Source: Chrysomallon squamiferum
Taxonomy: Eukaryota; Animalia; Mollusca
DNA: 64,000 nt
NCBI GenBank assembly: GCA_012295275.1
Contig: CM022675.1
Span: 13,826,001-13,890,000, forward strand
Reading direction: 5' to 3'
This document shows positions 45,672 through 56,700 of this stretch, piece after piece. The position numbers and the translations under genes are program-made. A model generated the notes under the pieces. That model ran no database searches. It was not told the DNA's origin and worked only from the letters and a program-made list of their open reading frames with translations. The first letter of the stretch is position 1. Every line of letters starts with the position of its first letter.

Positions 45672-48600
45672 TTACGGAAAAAAGGAAAATGATAAGATTT
45701 ATTTTTGATAATAATTTTAAATAGTTGTTTGAAAGTTATATGTTTGTTATTTGAGGAGGTTGACTATGATGCTGCTGCACAGGAGGCATGGGACATGATG
45801 TGGACGATGTTGGCTATTCCAGACTCCGAGTGGAAGCTTGAAGCAGGCAGTAACTCAGTTAAAGGTTGTGTTCACACAAGACATTTCCCACGACAGGGAA
45901 AAGTCTTCAAACTGCAGGTCTGTGAGCACTAAAGTTTATATTTCAGTTCAGATAATATCTAGATAATTTATCATTCTTTTTCAGTTTAGATAAATACTTT
46001 TTATTAATTTCTTTTGGTTTCAGCAAGTAATTTATCATGTTTTGCTTTTAAATTCAGATAATTTGCAATTACTTTATTTTTTATTTTATTTTAGATAAAT
46101 ACTTTTTTATTTGTATTTTTGTTTAGATAAATTATTTTTTGTACTTTTTAATTTAGATAAATTCTTTATACTATTTGCTTTGTGGTTTAGATAAATACTT
46201 TATATTATTTGTTTTTTAGTTGAGATAAATATGTTAAATTATTTTTAGTTTAGTTTAGATAAATATGTTAAATTATTTTTAGTTTAGTTTAGATAAATAT
46301 TTTATCTTTTGGGGGTTTTAGTTTAAATAATTTGTAAAGAATTTTTCTTTTTTGAATTTACTTTAGATAAATACTTCATATATTTTGTAACTAATAATAA
46401 ATATATTTTAGGGACATAATTTGCAGATTATCTGGGTATGGCAGTTGTTTTTTAAGTTTTACAATAAAAATAAATATATATATTTCATAAACTTTGCACT
46501 TTAGCCATGTTTTCTCATTTATATTTTAATTGACAATAATTTGTAGATAGTTGTAATTTGGTAGATATTGAAGAGTAGATGTTTGTATTTCAGGGTTTGG
46601 TAGAGATGAATCCAGAAAAACTGTTTGAAGAAGTGACTCACAGAGTGAGTGACTCACCACAGTGGAACCCTACAGTTATAGAATGTAGAGTGAGTTATCT
46701 CCTCCTTTTGTGACTCTTCTTTCTCTTTCTTTTACTTTAATACATGATATCTAACATATTTCACATACTGAATACAAGTGGTGGTGTAGATAAAATATTT
46801 AATGTTACATAACTGCCTGTTTCAGACTATACAACAATTAGACGACAACACAGAAATATCCTACCAGGTGTCAGCTGAGGCAGGTGGGGGTTGATAACAA
46901 GCAGAGACTTTGTCACACTTCGGCGATGGGGCATGAAGAACGGCATTTACATGTCTGCTGGACAAGCTGTCACACACCCCGACATGCCTCCACAAAAAAA
47001 ATACGTCAGGTATTTACAGTTCTCTAAAATATACAATTTTTTATTTGTATGTATGTATGTACATATGTGTATATATTTTTATTTTTTTATTTATTTTTTT
47101 TTTTTTTAATTTTTTTTTTATATATAATATTTATTACATATTATTTTTATTTTCATTTTCATTCATTTTCAATTATTTATATTAAACCTATTTAATTATT
47201 TGGTTTTTAACGATTATAATCATGTACATGCAGAATATGTGTATGAGTAGTGTGGGTGCATGCGAGGTAGACAACGAGAATTTGTATCTTTGTTCATGTT
47301 CTTCCGTGTTTGTGAGTGTGTGAGTATGTACTTATGTCTGTGTGTATATATGTGTATGGATGTTATTTTGTCTGTCTCTGTGTGTGTGAGAGGTTTTTCT
47401 TTCCACTGTGATTTTAAATTAATAATTTAACTGATAATTTTAATTTTATTCAGGGGGGAGAATGGTATTGGAGGGTGGGTGTTTAAGCCAGTCCCAGGAG
47501 ACCCTGACAAGTGTTACTTTGAGTGGTATCTGAGTACACACCTAAAAGTAAGTACACTCACACACACACACACCTAAAAGTAAGTACATTCATACACACA
47601 CACCACATTCACACACACACCTAAAAGTAAGTACACACACACACAAACACACCTAAAAGTACATTCATACACACACACACACCTAAAAGTAAGTACATTC
47701 ATACACACACACACCTAAAAGTAAGTACATTCATACACACACACCTAAAAGTAAGTACACACACACAAACACACTAAAATATATACACACACACACAAAC
47801 ACACCTAAAAGTACATTCATACACACACACCTAAAAGTAAGTACACACATACACACACCTAAAAGTAAGTACACACACACACACACCTAAAAGTAACTAC
47901 ACATACACACACACCTAAACGTAAGTACACACATACACACATACACACACCTAAAAGTAAGTACACACATACACACAACCACTTAAAAGTAAGTACACAC
48001 ATACACATCCAAAAGTACATTCATACACACAAACATATCTAAAAGCATGTACAGACATACACACATACACATCCAAAAATAAGTACATTCATATACATAT
48101 ACACATCTAAAAGCAAGTACAGACATACATATACACATAAGCCCATACCAAAATAAGTATGGATTTATGCACACTCAGATATATATTTGTATTGAAATTA
48201 ATAATGGTTAAAATTAATAATTAGTTTGGTTAATTATGACAGTTATTGAATAAATTTATTACAAACAAAAACTGAGAATAATTTTTGATGTTAATAAATT
48301 TAATATAAGTAGTTGCAATAAAAATAGATTATTCTGAATTTCACAGTTAATTTAATATATGTATTTGTAATAATAATAGATAATTTTAAATTTAATAATT
48401 AATTTAATCTTAAATATAATAATAATAGATTATTCTGAATTTAATAATTAATTTAATATGTGTATTTCAAATATATAACAATTAATCAGTTTAATATTCA
48501 TGTATTTTTGTAATAATAATAGATAATTTTAGTGTCATTGAACAGTTTTGATGTATGTATATATGTATATCTAATTAAAAATAGATTATTCTTAATGTTG

Positions 48601-48809
48601 GAATGAATTTAATGTAGGTGTTTGTAATAATAATGACCATAATAAATAGTAATTGTTGACGTGTTAACTAATTTTTTTTTTTTTTTTTTTTCCTTATTCA
48701 GGGCTGGTTGCCACAGAAACTGATTGATCAGACTCTGTCAAACATCCTACTGCAATACCTCGAGTACCTGAGAAAACATATAGCAGAAATTTTACAGGAG
48801 GAAGTCTAA
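30621..48809 (+). CDS. STARD3: StAR-related lipid transfer protein 3 (MLN64), MENTAL plus START domains, 13 coding exons, about 481 aa; apparent 1-nt frameshift at 46886-46890
   Basis: Exons 30621-30730, 31081-31216 (SAVRRTFCLFVTFDL), 31677-31757, 34170-34247 (LAYA...HWW), 35536-35589, 35804-35948 (SFILAWAETWWLDFRVLP), 36422-36520 (ERTPLI; RYYSPIESPE), 44209-44306, 45756-45917, 46594-46689 (PQWNPTV), 46826-47009 (SRDFV), 47454-47547 (RGENG), 48702-48809 (GWLPQKLIDQ, TAA). Total 1445 nt, one short of a multiple of 3. Probable non-coding first exon ends at 29532 (CG|GTGAGT). Confidence 0.93.
31905..34160. repeat. 40 bp minisatellite, roughly 55-57 copies, ending at a STARD3 acceptor
   Basis: Unit TTGACAATGACACCTGTTTTTAAGTGTTTTATTTTTTAAA, with ACATGT and TTTTACAT variants. 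Confidence 0.97.
35032..35342. repeat. Second array of the same 40 bp minisatellite, about 8 copies
   Basis: Same unit as 31905-34160, located in the next intron. Confidence 0.93.
36190..36415. repeat. Degenerate tandem repeat, about 60 bp unit, 4 copies
   Basis: AGTATATGTAATAT..AAAT..TTATTTT.ATAA recurs up to the acceptor at 36421. Confidence 0.7.
37299..40130 (-). mobile_element. Decayed hAT DNA transposon with ZNF862-like transposase fragments, in a STARD3 intron
   Basis: Minus-strand fragments broken by stops and frameshifts: TTF-type zinc finger (MFYIPCRK...EGTNNFRTDAIK...SNSH), DGATDVSVSENE, LIGTGSDGA, MKDVLAILSELSLQFQ, and the hAT dimerisation motif IPVSSAICARGFSTMALIKS. One terminus-like end CAGGGTTTGATATTAA at 37299 with subterminal ACTAGACC repeats; the other end was not found. 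Confidence 0.85.
37930..38040. repeat. Perfect 54 bp direct duplication inside the hAT dimerisation motif
   Basis: TAAGGCCATTGTGGAAAACCCCCTTGCACAGATTGCACTAGAAACTGGTATATA, two copies. Confidence 0.95.
41470..42045. repeat. Degenerate minisatellite, about 40 bp unit
   Basis: Unit GGTGATATTAAAGGTGAAGTATAAA..TATAATGACTAA. Confidence 0.9.
42935..43640. repeat. Complex TG-rich low-complexity repeat
   Basis: Recurring TGTGTCTG..CATGTATTTC; source of the C/V-rich and T/H-rich ORFs. Confidence 0.9.
44590..45330 (+). mobile_element. Internally deleted hAT (ZBED1/ZBED4-like) transposase remnant
   Basis: BED finger YWQHFRF...TCRHCVITLKYSGNTTNL, then frameshifted AEFIVK...ENVGFRQLIKFLE, then ASNVVSAMKLLHPHHMQCFAYNLNLAAQKAM (the hAT CFAHxLNL motif). 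Confidence 0.8.
45945..46375. repeat. Degenerate TTTAGATAAAT-containing repeat
   Basis: More than ten TTTAGATAA(A)T motifs at about 35 bp spacing, just after a STARD3 donor. Confidence 0.75.
47533..48130. repeat. Minisatellite of about 30 bp derived from the STARD3 exon 12 donor junction
   Basis: ACACACCTAAAA|GTAAGTACA repeated. The first copy is the real boundary at 47547/47548. Confidence 0.92.
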
Positions 48810-49549
48810 CAAGAGTCATGTGACTTAATGAATGTGCATGTGTCTGATGAAAGGGAAGAACTAATGAATATTTAGTGTTTTTGTTTTAAAATTGAGAATT
48901 TGGAAGGATGGTTGTGAAAGTGAAAACAAATTTAGTAGTTTAATATCATTGTTCAGGAAACTGAAAATGGCATCAACAAACTGGTATTAATCAAAATTAA
49001 TACTAATATGAATTCTTGGAATTTACAAGTTGAAGGGAAATGAATTTTGTGATGACAACCTACTTCATATGAAGATATTGGCCGAGGCATGAAGTAATGT
49101 CTCAAACACTCACAAAACACAAACTACAAATATCACATTAAACACAAACACACTCACATGTGTGTATGACGTAAAAAACAAAACATTATTTCATCTGCAT
49201 ATCAACAGATACATTTGTAGATGTGCAGAAACACATACACAGACAAGATACACACACTGAGACACACGTACACAAACGCATACACGCTGAGTGTGAAAAG
49301 TGAAAGGAAAGACAAGTGCAAATTGTGGAATTTTAACAAGATTTTTCTGTGTCACTTCGTGTAAATCGGTGCATTTGTGACAATCAGTTTTAACACATTG
49401 TCATGTTTTTCATTTGTAGTTTGATGTTTAACTGAGGTGATAAAAAGAAACAGTCTAAATATATTCTGAATACTTCAGAGTTGTCTTTTATTTATCTGTT
49501 TATTTATTTATTTACTTTAGTTTAGTTATAATATTATTATTATTGCATT

Positions 49550-49588
<39 letters not shown>

Positions 49589-52014
49589 CCATTCTTAATA
49601 ATGAAATCTGACAACAAATGTAAAAATAAATATCTGTGTGATGTCATTTTTAATTAGATATGACATGCAGGAAATATTAAAAATTTCCTCCTGTTCTGAA
49701 AAAATAAAAAGATAATGTGTAGGTGTTGTTGTCACAACACTAGTTCTAATGATATTAACAGTGCCTTTTAGAGGTTTTTATTTCAGTGTTTGTCTCACAT
49801 CGTTGCAAACAATGACAGGCCAGTACAGTAAAATAGTAAATTGTTAATAAAATAATAAAAATACAGGTGCTCAACTATTTATCAGGTTTGTACAAAACTG
49901 GCTTTACAACCATATTAATTTTTATCTTTTAAATACAGTTTATTTTATGTTTTAAGAATATATTAAACCTTGATTCAGAAAACTGGAATATCCAGACATC
50001 TGTGTCACCCCTCAGTCCCAAGTTTGCTGGATAAATGGATTTAGTGTCTGTATAAAAAAAAAAAAATTTGTGTAGATTGTTCTTTTGTATGAATACAAGT
50101 TCACTATGATACACAGCTACACAAACCATGACAGCTGTTTCAGCTAAATGTGTTCTAACTGAACTATTTATCTTGTTGTTTTCTTACCAAAGATAAATAA
50201 TGAAAACATAAACTGTTTTGTTTTAATATCTCCATTGTTACATTTCCATAAATGTTTATTTTATATCTGTAAAATGTTGTAACATGTTATTTAAATTCTT
50301 GTGATGTTTTAGCTTTATGGATTATCTCCCTTTATTCAGACTTAAAAGTTGAAAACAAATGTTTTCAGCATATTTATACAATTATTATTTTGTAAAATGC
50401 TGCATTTATATTAAACATTTTAATGTATATTTTTAGGGGGACTTAAAAATGTTTTTTTTTTTATATGATTATAGATTTTTATTATTGTAAAGTAAAATAA
50501 TGTTATCAACTTTTAACTGTTATTTCTTTTTTCATTCATCATCATCATTATTATAATTGCTGGAATAAATATCAAGTTAACAAAATTATTTTATAGTATA
50601 CAGATTATCAAGTATATAAAACAAATTGTTTAGAATATAATGCATAAAGGTTTAATGTCAAATTTAAGTAATAAAGATTTGTTATAAAGTTTAAATATAC
50701 TAGTGTATGTGTGTATGTTATAAACACAGTTAATGTGTGTAATCATATGAAAGGTACTGAAATTGTAAACAAAACATGGCTTTAGTTAATCTGTATAAAA
50801 TAATCACTGGTTGTTTTTCACTAATTTACTAACATTTACAAATGTTACCTGCTCAAAACAGTTGACAAACATAATTGAAACTTTCTGTAAATTTGTATAA
50901 TTACCTGATTACATTTATTAAATATGTATATATATATATACATGAAGCAAGATTTCATATTTCTTATTAAATATGTGATCATTTATTACATCTACACACA
51001 TATAATAACAGTTTTGTATTTATATATGTTTGCTCTAAAACAGTTGTAACAACATTTATTTGCAGAGATTAGAAAATTATGTATTCTACAACTTTAGCTG
51101 TCTCCCAACGTTTTTAATAAAAGAGATGAAGTTTTAATAGAAATGTTTATTAACTGAATCATTTATGTTTTTAAATAAACACTGAGAACTGATGAATGTT
51201 CAGACTGACTTGTTTATTTCTGTTCACTGTTCATCTTAGCATTCTGCAGGGAAAGTATTACAGTGAAGTAGTAAGAACTGTAGATACAACTTGTTGAGCA
51301 GAATCTGGAATGAGAAAGGTGGATATATTCATTACACAGTCCCACATGTGCATACACATACACACACCTGCACACAAACACATAAAAAGCACCTATCAAG
51401 AGTTCAATGGAAACTGATAATAACAGTAAATGGACCTTTTCATAGGGTGACCATTTGAAATATATTTTGTTGCCTTTAAAGATTTTTAATTTTTTTAATT
51501 TTTTTATTATTATTATTATTTTTTTTTTTTGGATAAAGCTTAAAATTGCAAATAACAAATGACTACCAAATAGTAAAGGATTTGGAATGGGAAAGAACTG
51601 TTTTATGACATTTCAAACAGTTTTGTCACACTAAAGTATGGAGTTGTTTGTAAGGGGAAATGTACAAAAAAACAAAGTTTTTACTAGATATAATCAAGTA
51701 TTTAATTCATGAGTTGTTAAACATCTGAACACAGTAAAATTCATGTAGTGATTTCATCATCCAGCCACCAACAATTTAAAAACAGAAACACTGACGACAG
51801 TTCCCTGTGTTTTAAACTGTTTATATTTTAATATAACAGCAGTATCATTCCAGATCAGGTGAAAAATAACATTTAATATCTCCTACAGGTATACAGTACA
51901 GGCATGTTGCGATGGATGCAATGCATATCTTTTTTATACAGGCAGTACCATATGGTTTGACTGTCTTTTTTTGTTGTTGTTTAATTTAAAAACCAGTACA
52001 GTATAAATATGACG

Positions 52015-52962
52015 TTAGAAAGCCTCATGTTCAAAATATTCAGGGTGTTTTTTGGCCCAATCAAAAGTGAAATATTTAACACCACAGTCTAAATTTAGCA
52101 ACAGGTTCCTGTCTTGCTGAGACAGTGTCCAGTTAGTGATATCAAAGTTTTCACGTAAATGCGACTCTTTCTGAGTTTTAGGTAAAACCACGACATCACT
52201 TTTCACCAGGAAATTAAGCAGAATCTGAGCTGGGCTCTTTTTATACTTTTTAGAAAGTTGTTCAACAACTGGGTCGTGTAAAAGAACGGGTTTTGTTTCA
52301 TCTCTCTCGGGATATGCAGGTGTTCCAAGGGGTGCATATGCACTTAGAATTATCTTTCTCGATGCACAGTAATTCCGAAGTTGTCTCTGTTGTAAATAGG
52401 CATGGCATTCAGACTGCAGATTGCATGGTGGAATTCGAGCTTTCTCGTAGATTCTTTCAATCTGCCTGGCTGTAAAATTTGAAATTCCAATATTCCGTGT
52501 GAGTTTGTCGTCTGATGCCTTTTCAAATCCTTTCCATGTCTCGATGATGTCGTAATGTTGAAATTCTTGTTCAATGCTTTTGTTTGCTGGTTTTAAATTT
52601 CCATCACCGCGGTTTACACAGCCCCACGGGTGATGTATAAGTAACATGTCTACGTATTTCAGTTTTAGATTATCCAGTGACAACTGGACGCTGTGTTGTA
52701 CAGACGCACGTGCGAGATACACACGTGGCACTTTGGTCGTTATGAATAAATCTTTCCTGCGAACAGTACCTTTTTTTATTCTGTCGGCTACAATCTCCCC
52801 CACCTCAGTTTCATTGCCGTAACTGAGAGCGGTGTCAATATGTCGATATCCAGTAAAGAGTGCAAAATCCAAAGCTTGTTTAAGCGCATCACCTTTCAAC
52901 AAGTATGAACCAAAACCAATAATTGGCATTAATGTTCCATCGCGCAAAAATTGGAATGCCAT
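52015..52962 (-). CDS. Aldo-keto reductase (AKR1-like), intronless CDS, 315 aa
   Basis: Uninterrupted ORF containing MPIIGFGSY, GYRHIDTALSYGNE (catalytic Asp and Tyr), FITTKV (Lys), YVDMLLIHHP (His), IGISNF, NLQSECHAYL, AYAPLG, KSPAQILL, VLPKT and LRENF. Confidence 0.95.
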   Translation of the reverse strand: MAFQFLRDGTLMPIIGFGSYLLKGDALKQALDFALFTGYRHIDTALSYGNETEVGEIVADRIKKGTVRRKDLFITTKVPRVYLARASVQHSVQLSLDNLKLKYVDMLLIHHPWGCVNRGDGNLKPANKSIEQEFQHYDIIETWKGFEKASDDKLTRNIGISNFTARQIERIYEKARIPPCNLQSECHAYLQQRQLRNYCASRKIILSAYAPLGTPAYPERDETKPVLLHDPVVEQLSKKYKKSPAQILLNFLVKSDVVVLPKTQKESHLRENFDITNWTLSQQDRNLLLNLDCGVKYFTFDWAKKHPEYFEHEAF

Positions 52963-53227
52963 TTCTAATCCAGAAAGATCTTACGTTCCGTTTAGGTTTT
53001 GGTATGTGTTACATTAAATACTGAATAAAATGCTTTTCTCCTTCGTTATTATTCTTAAAAACCACTGAAAAGAATAAATCAAAAAGTAACGAAAGTTTTT
53101 GTTAAAAAGTAATAACTTTATAATTTTCTGTACTGCTGATTACGTCCTTGTTAAAAAATAATGTTTTAATTTTCTCTACTGCTGATTAAATCCTTTGCTC
53201 CTAGACAAATGTGCGACTGTAACTTAC

Positions 53228-53259
53228 CGGCAATATGATTTCATCATCTACAGTCGAAA
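53228..53259 (-). other. Probable 5'UTR exon of the AKR gene
   Basis: Strong minus-strand donor CCG|GTAAGT at 53227 pairs with acceptor ttcttttcag at 53065. An upstream acceptor, ttttgttgttcag, lies at 53260. Confidence 0.55.
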
Positions 53260-53668
53260 CTGAACAACAAAACGGGCAAACGAGAAATATTTAAGTTGTC
53301 AAACAAAATAATTTTTTTTTTTTTTTTTAAAAGATGTTATAACTGTTTCATTTTTTAATTAAAATACATGTCAAGTATTTTAACGACACTAATCAAATTT
53401 AATTATAACGATACCTTTTAGTAGCCGTATTTATAACATTAGCAAAGCCCAGTGTTACCGGATTGTCTCCCTTTTAAAACAATTTAAACATTAAGGCCCG
53501 TTCTACATTTGTTATGTGGTTTAAACTTTATTTTTACATCCTCTGATGTAACAAAAGTTTGAGTTATAAGTTAACATATTATTTTAATAATAATAAAAAT
53601 CTTTAAAAGTTTAAAATTATTTATATTGAATGTTCTATTCATATGTTGTTGTTGTTATTATTTATTTA

Positions 53669-53754
<86 letters not shown>

Positions 53755-54744
53755 TCTTCAATTTTTCTCTTCATCAAAATTCAGACTGGACTACATTAAC
53801 AATTAAAATATACATTTTTTTTGTGGGGAAATGACAGTAATAACTATTTATCCAGAAAATGAAAGCACACACACACACACACACATTCATATACATAATG
53901 GCTTAAATACATTTTCTGTACACGCATGTGTCTGCCAGTCTCGGCTGATAAAAGACTGCAAAAGTAAAATATTTCTCTCTCGAGGTGTTATGAAACTGAA
54001 GGCTATTTACTTATCGATGTATATGACTGCATGCGCGCGCGCGCGTGCGTGCGTGCGTGCATATGTGAAACAGTCATCCTCATTTTAATGCAGTTTTCAA
54101 GATAGCACGACAGAAATAATATATACCTTTAGTTTTGTGATTTGAATAATAAATATCAAATCATTATTAATTTGTTGTTGTTTTTGTTGTTGTTTAATAG
54201 TGGTAGTAGTAGTAGTAGCAGCAGCAGTAGTAGTAGTAATTATTTTGAAATCCACTGTCTCGTAACAGTCGTAATTAGCCGAAGAATAACGACTAAATAT
54301 GACGTCAACAATGAAATAATGTCACAATTGAAGGACAGCCATTTTCATTGTCATGTGTTTTTTCATTTACTAAATATTCTTGTATTTAAGATAGAAAATT
54401 ATTATTTTTCTAAAATATTTTAGTTACAAATTAAACGCCTTTCAATTGTAGAAACAAAATTTCAATTAATAACTGAACTGCTATGAAATACCGTAAAACT
54501 AATACAGAAGTAAAGTCTTTCACCTGGTGTTTGCATCCCTGTAGTGTTTTTATACGGGTTTGTTTATGGAGGATAATAGTTATGTGTGTGCGTGCTTGTG
54601 TTAACGTGTGTGTATTAATCTGTATGTGTGTTTGTGTATTAATGTTTAATGTTTGTATAAAACTGATGTGCATGTACGTCCCACAATGATTATTTCTTAA
54701 GTGTTTGTATAAACTAGTTATTTCTTGGCTTGCTTCCTCTGTGT

Positions 54745-56700
54745 TGGTATTATGTTGCTATGTTTGTATAATGTCTTTACGTTTGTATTATGTATGTTTG
54801 TATCATGTTCTTGTTTATATATGTTGGTATGTTTGTATCATGTTCATGTTTATATAATGTTGTTATGTTTAATATAATGAAGGTATGTTTTGTATTACGT
54901 TCTTATATTTGTATAATGTCATGATTTATTATGTTGTTATCTTTGTATAATGTTATGTTTGCATAATGTTGTTATATTTGTATTATGTTGGTATGTTTGT
55001 ATAATGTTGCTATCTTTGTATGATGTTTGTATTATGTTAATGTGTTTTATAATGTTGTTATGTTTGTATTATATTGTTTTGTTTGTATAATGTAGATATG
55101 TTTGTATAATGTTGCTATATTTGTATAATATTGTTATGTTTGTATAATATTGTTATGTTTGTATTATGTAGGTATTTTTTGTATAATGTTGCTATCTTTG
55201 TGATGTTTTTTTTATAATGTTTTTTTTATAATGTTATTTTTGTATAATGTAGGTATTTTGGTATAATGTAGGTATGTTTGTATTATTTGTTATTTTGGTA
55301 TAATGTATTTGTATAATGTAGGTGTATTTGTATAATACATGTATTTTTGTATAGTATAGGTATATTTGTATAATGTAGGTATTTTGTATAATGCAGGTAT
55401 TTTTGTATAATGTTGTTATGTTTGTATAATGTTATGTTTGTATTATGTTGTTTATGTTTGTATAATATTGGTTTGTTCATATAATGCAGTTATTTTTTTG
55501 TATAATGTTTGTTTAATGTAGGTATGTTTGTATAATGTATTTATGTTTGTATGATTTTTTATGTTTGTATAATGTTGCTATATTTGTGTAATGTTGTTAT
55601 GTTTGAATAATATAGGTATGTTTGTATAATGTAGGTATTTTGGTATAATGGGGTGTTTGTATCATGTTGTTAAGCTTGCATAATGTTGTTATGTTTGTAT
55701 AATATTGTTATGTTTGCATAATGCAGTTATTGTTGTATAATGCATGTATGTATGTTGTGTTTTTTAATGTTGTGTTTGTATAATGTAGTATGTTTGTATA
55801 TAATATAGGTATATATTTGTATAATGCTATGTTTGTATAATGTTGTTATTTTTGTATTATGTTGTTATGTTTGTATTATGTTGCTATCTTTGTATAATGT
55901 TGTTATGTTTGCATAATGTTGTTATATTTGAATTATGTTGGTATCTTTGTGTGATGTTGTTATGTTTATATAATGTTATGTTGTATAATGTTGTTATTTT
56001 TGTATTATGTTGTTATGTTTGTATTATGTTGGTATGTTTGTATATAATGTAGGTATTTTTTTTGTATAATGTATGTATGTTTGTTTAATGTTGTTGTGTT
56101 TGTATAATGTAGGTATGTTTGTATAATGTAGGTATTTTTGTATAATGTAGGTATATTTGTATAATGTAGGTATGTTTGTATAACCTAGGTATTTTTATAT
56201 AATGTAGGTATGTTTGTGTAATGTAGGTATCTTAGTATAATGTTGCTATGTTTGTATAATGTTATGTTTGTACAATGTTGCTATGTTTGTATAATATTGT
56301 TATGTTTGTATAATGCAGTTATTTTTGTATAATGTATGAATGTTTGTTTGATGTTGTTATGTGTGTATAATGTACATATGTTTGTATAATGTTGTTATGT
56401 TTGTTTTGTAATGTGCAGCTATGTTTGTATAATGTAGGTATGTTTGTATAATTTTGTTATGTTTGTATAATGTAGGTATTTTTGTATAATATTGTTATGT
56501 TTCTATAAAATAGGTATGTATAATGCAGGTATTTTTGTATAATATAGGTATGTTTGTATAACATAGGTATTTTTTTATAATGTAGTTATGTTTGTATTAT
56601 GTAGGTATTGTTTTATAATTTAGGTATTTTTGTATAATGTAAGTATTTTTGTATAAAGTATGTATTTTTGTATAATGTAGGTGTTTTCCCCAATGTTGGT
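54745..56700. repeat. Degenerate satellite of about 2 kb, about 20 bp unit
   Basis: Units TGTTTGTATAATGTAGGTA and TGTTTGTATAATGTTGTTA. Confidence 0.93.

Noticed and set aside
46883-46893. Programmed -1 ribosomal frameshift
   Set aside because: GGT GGG GGT is not a canonical X XXY YYZ slippery heptamer; a homopolymer error is simpler.
46892-46897. In-frame TGA in STARD3 as selenocysteine or readthrough
   Set aside because: It is immediately followed by TAA, and homology continues in a different frame.
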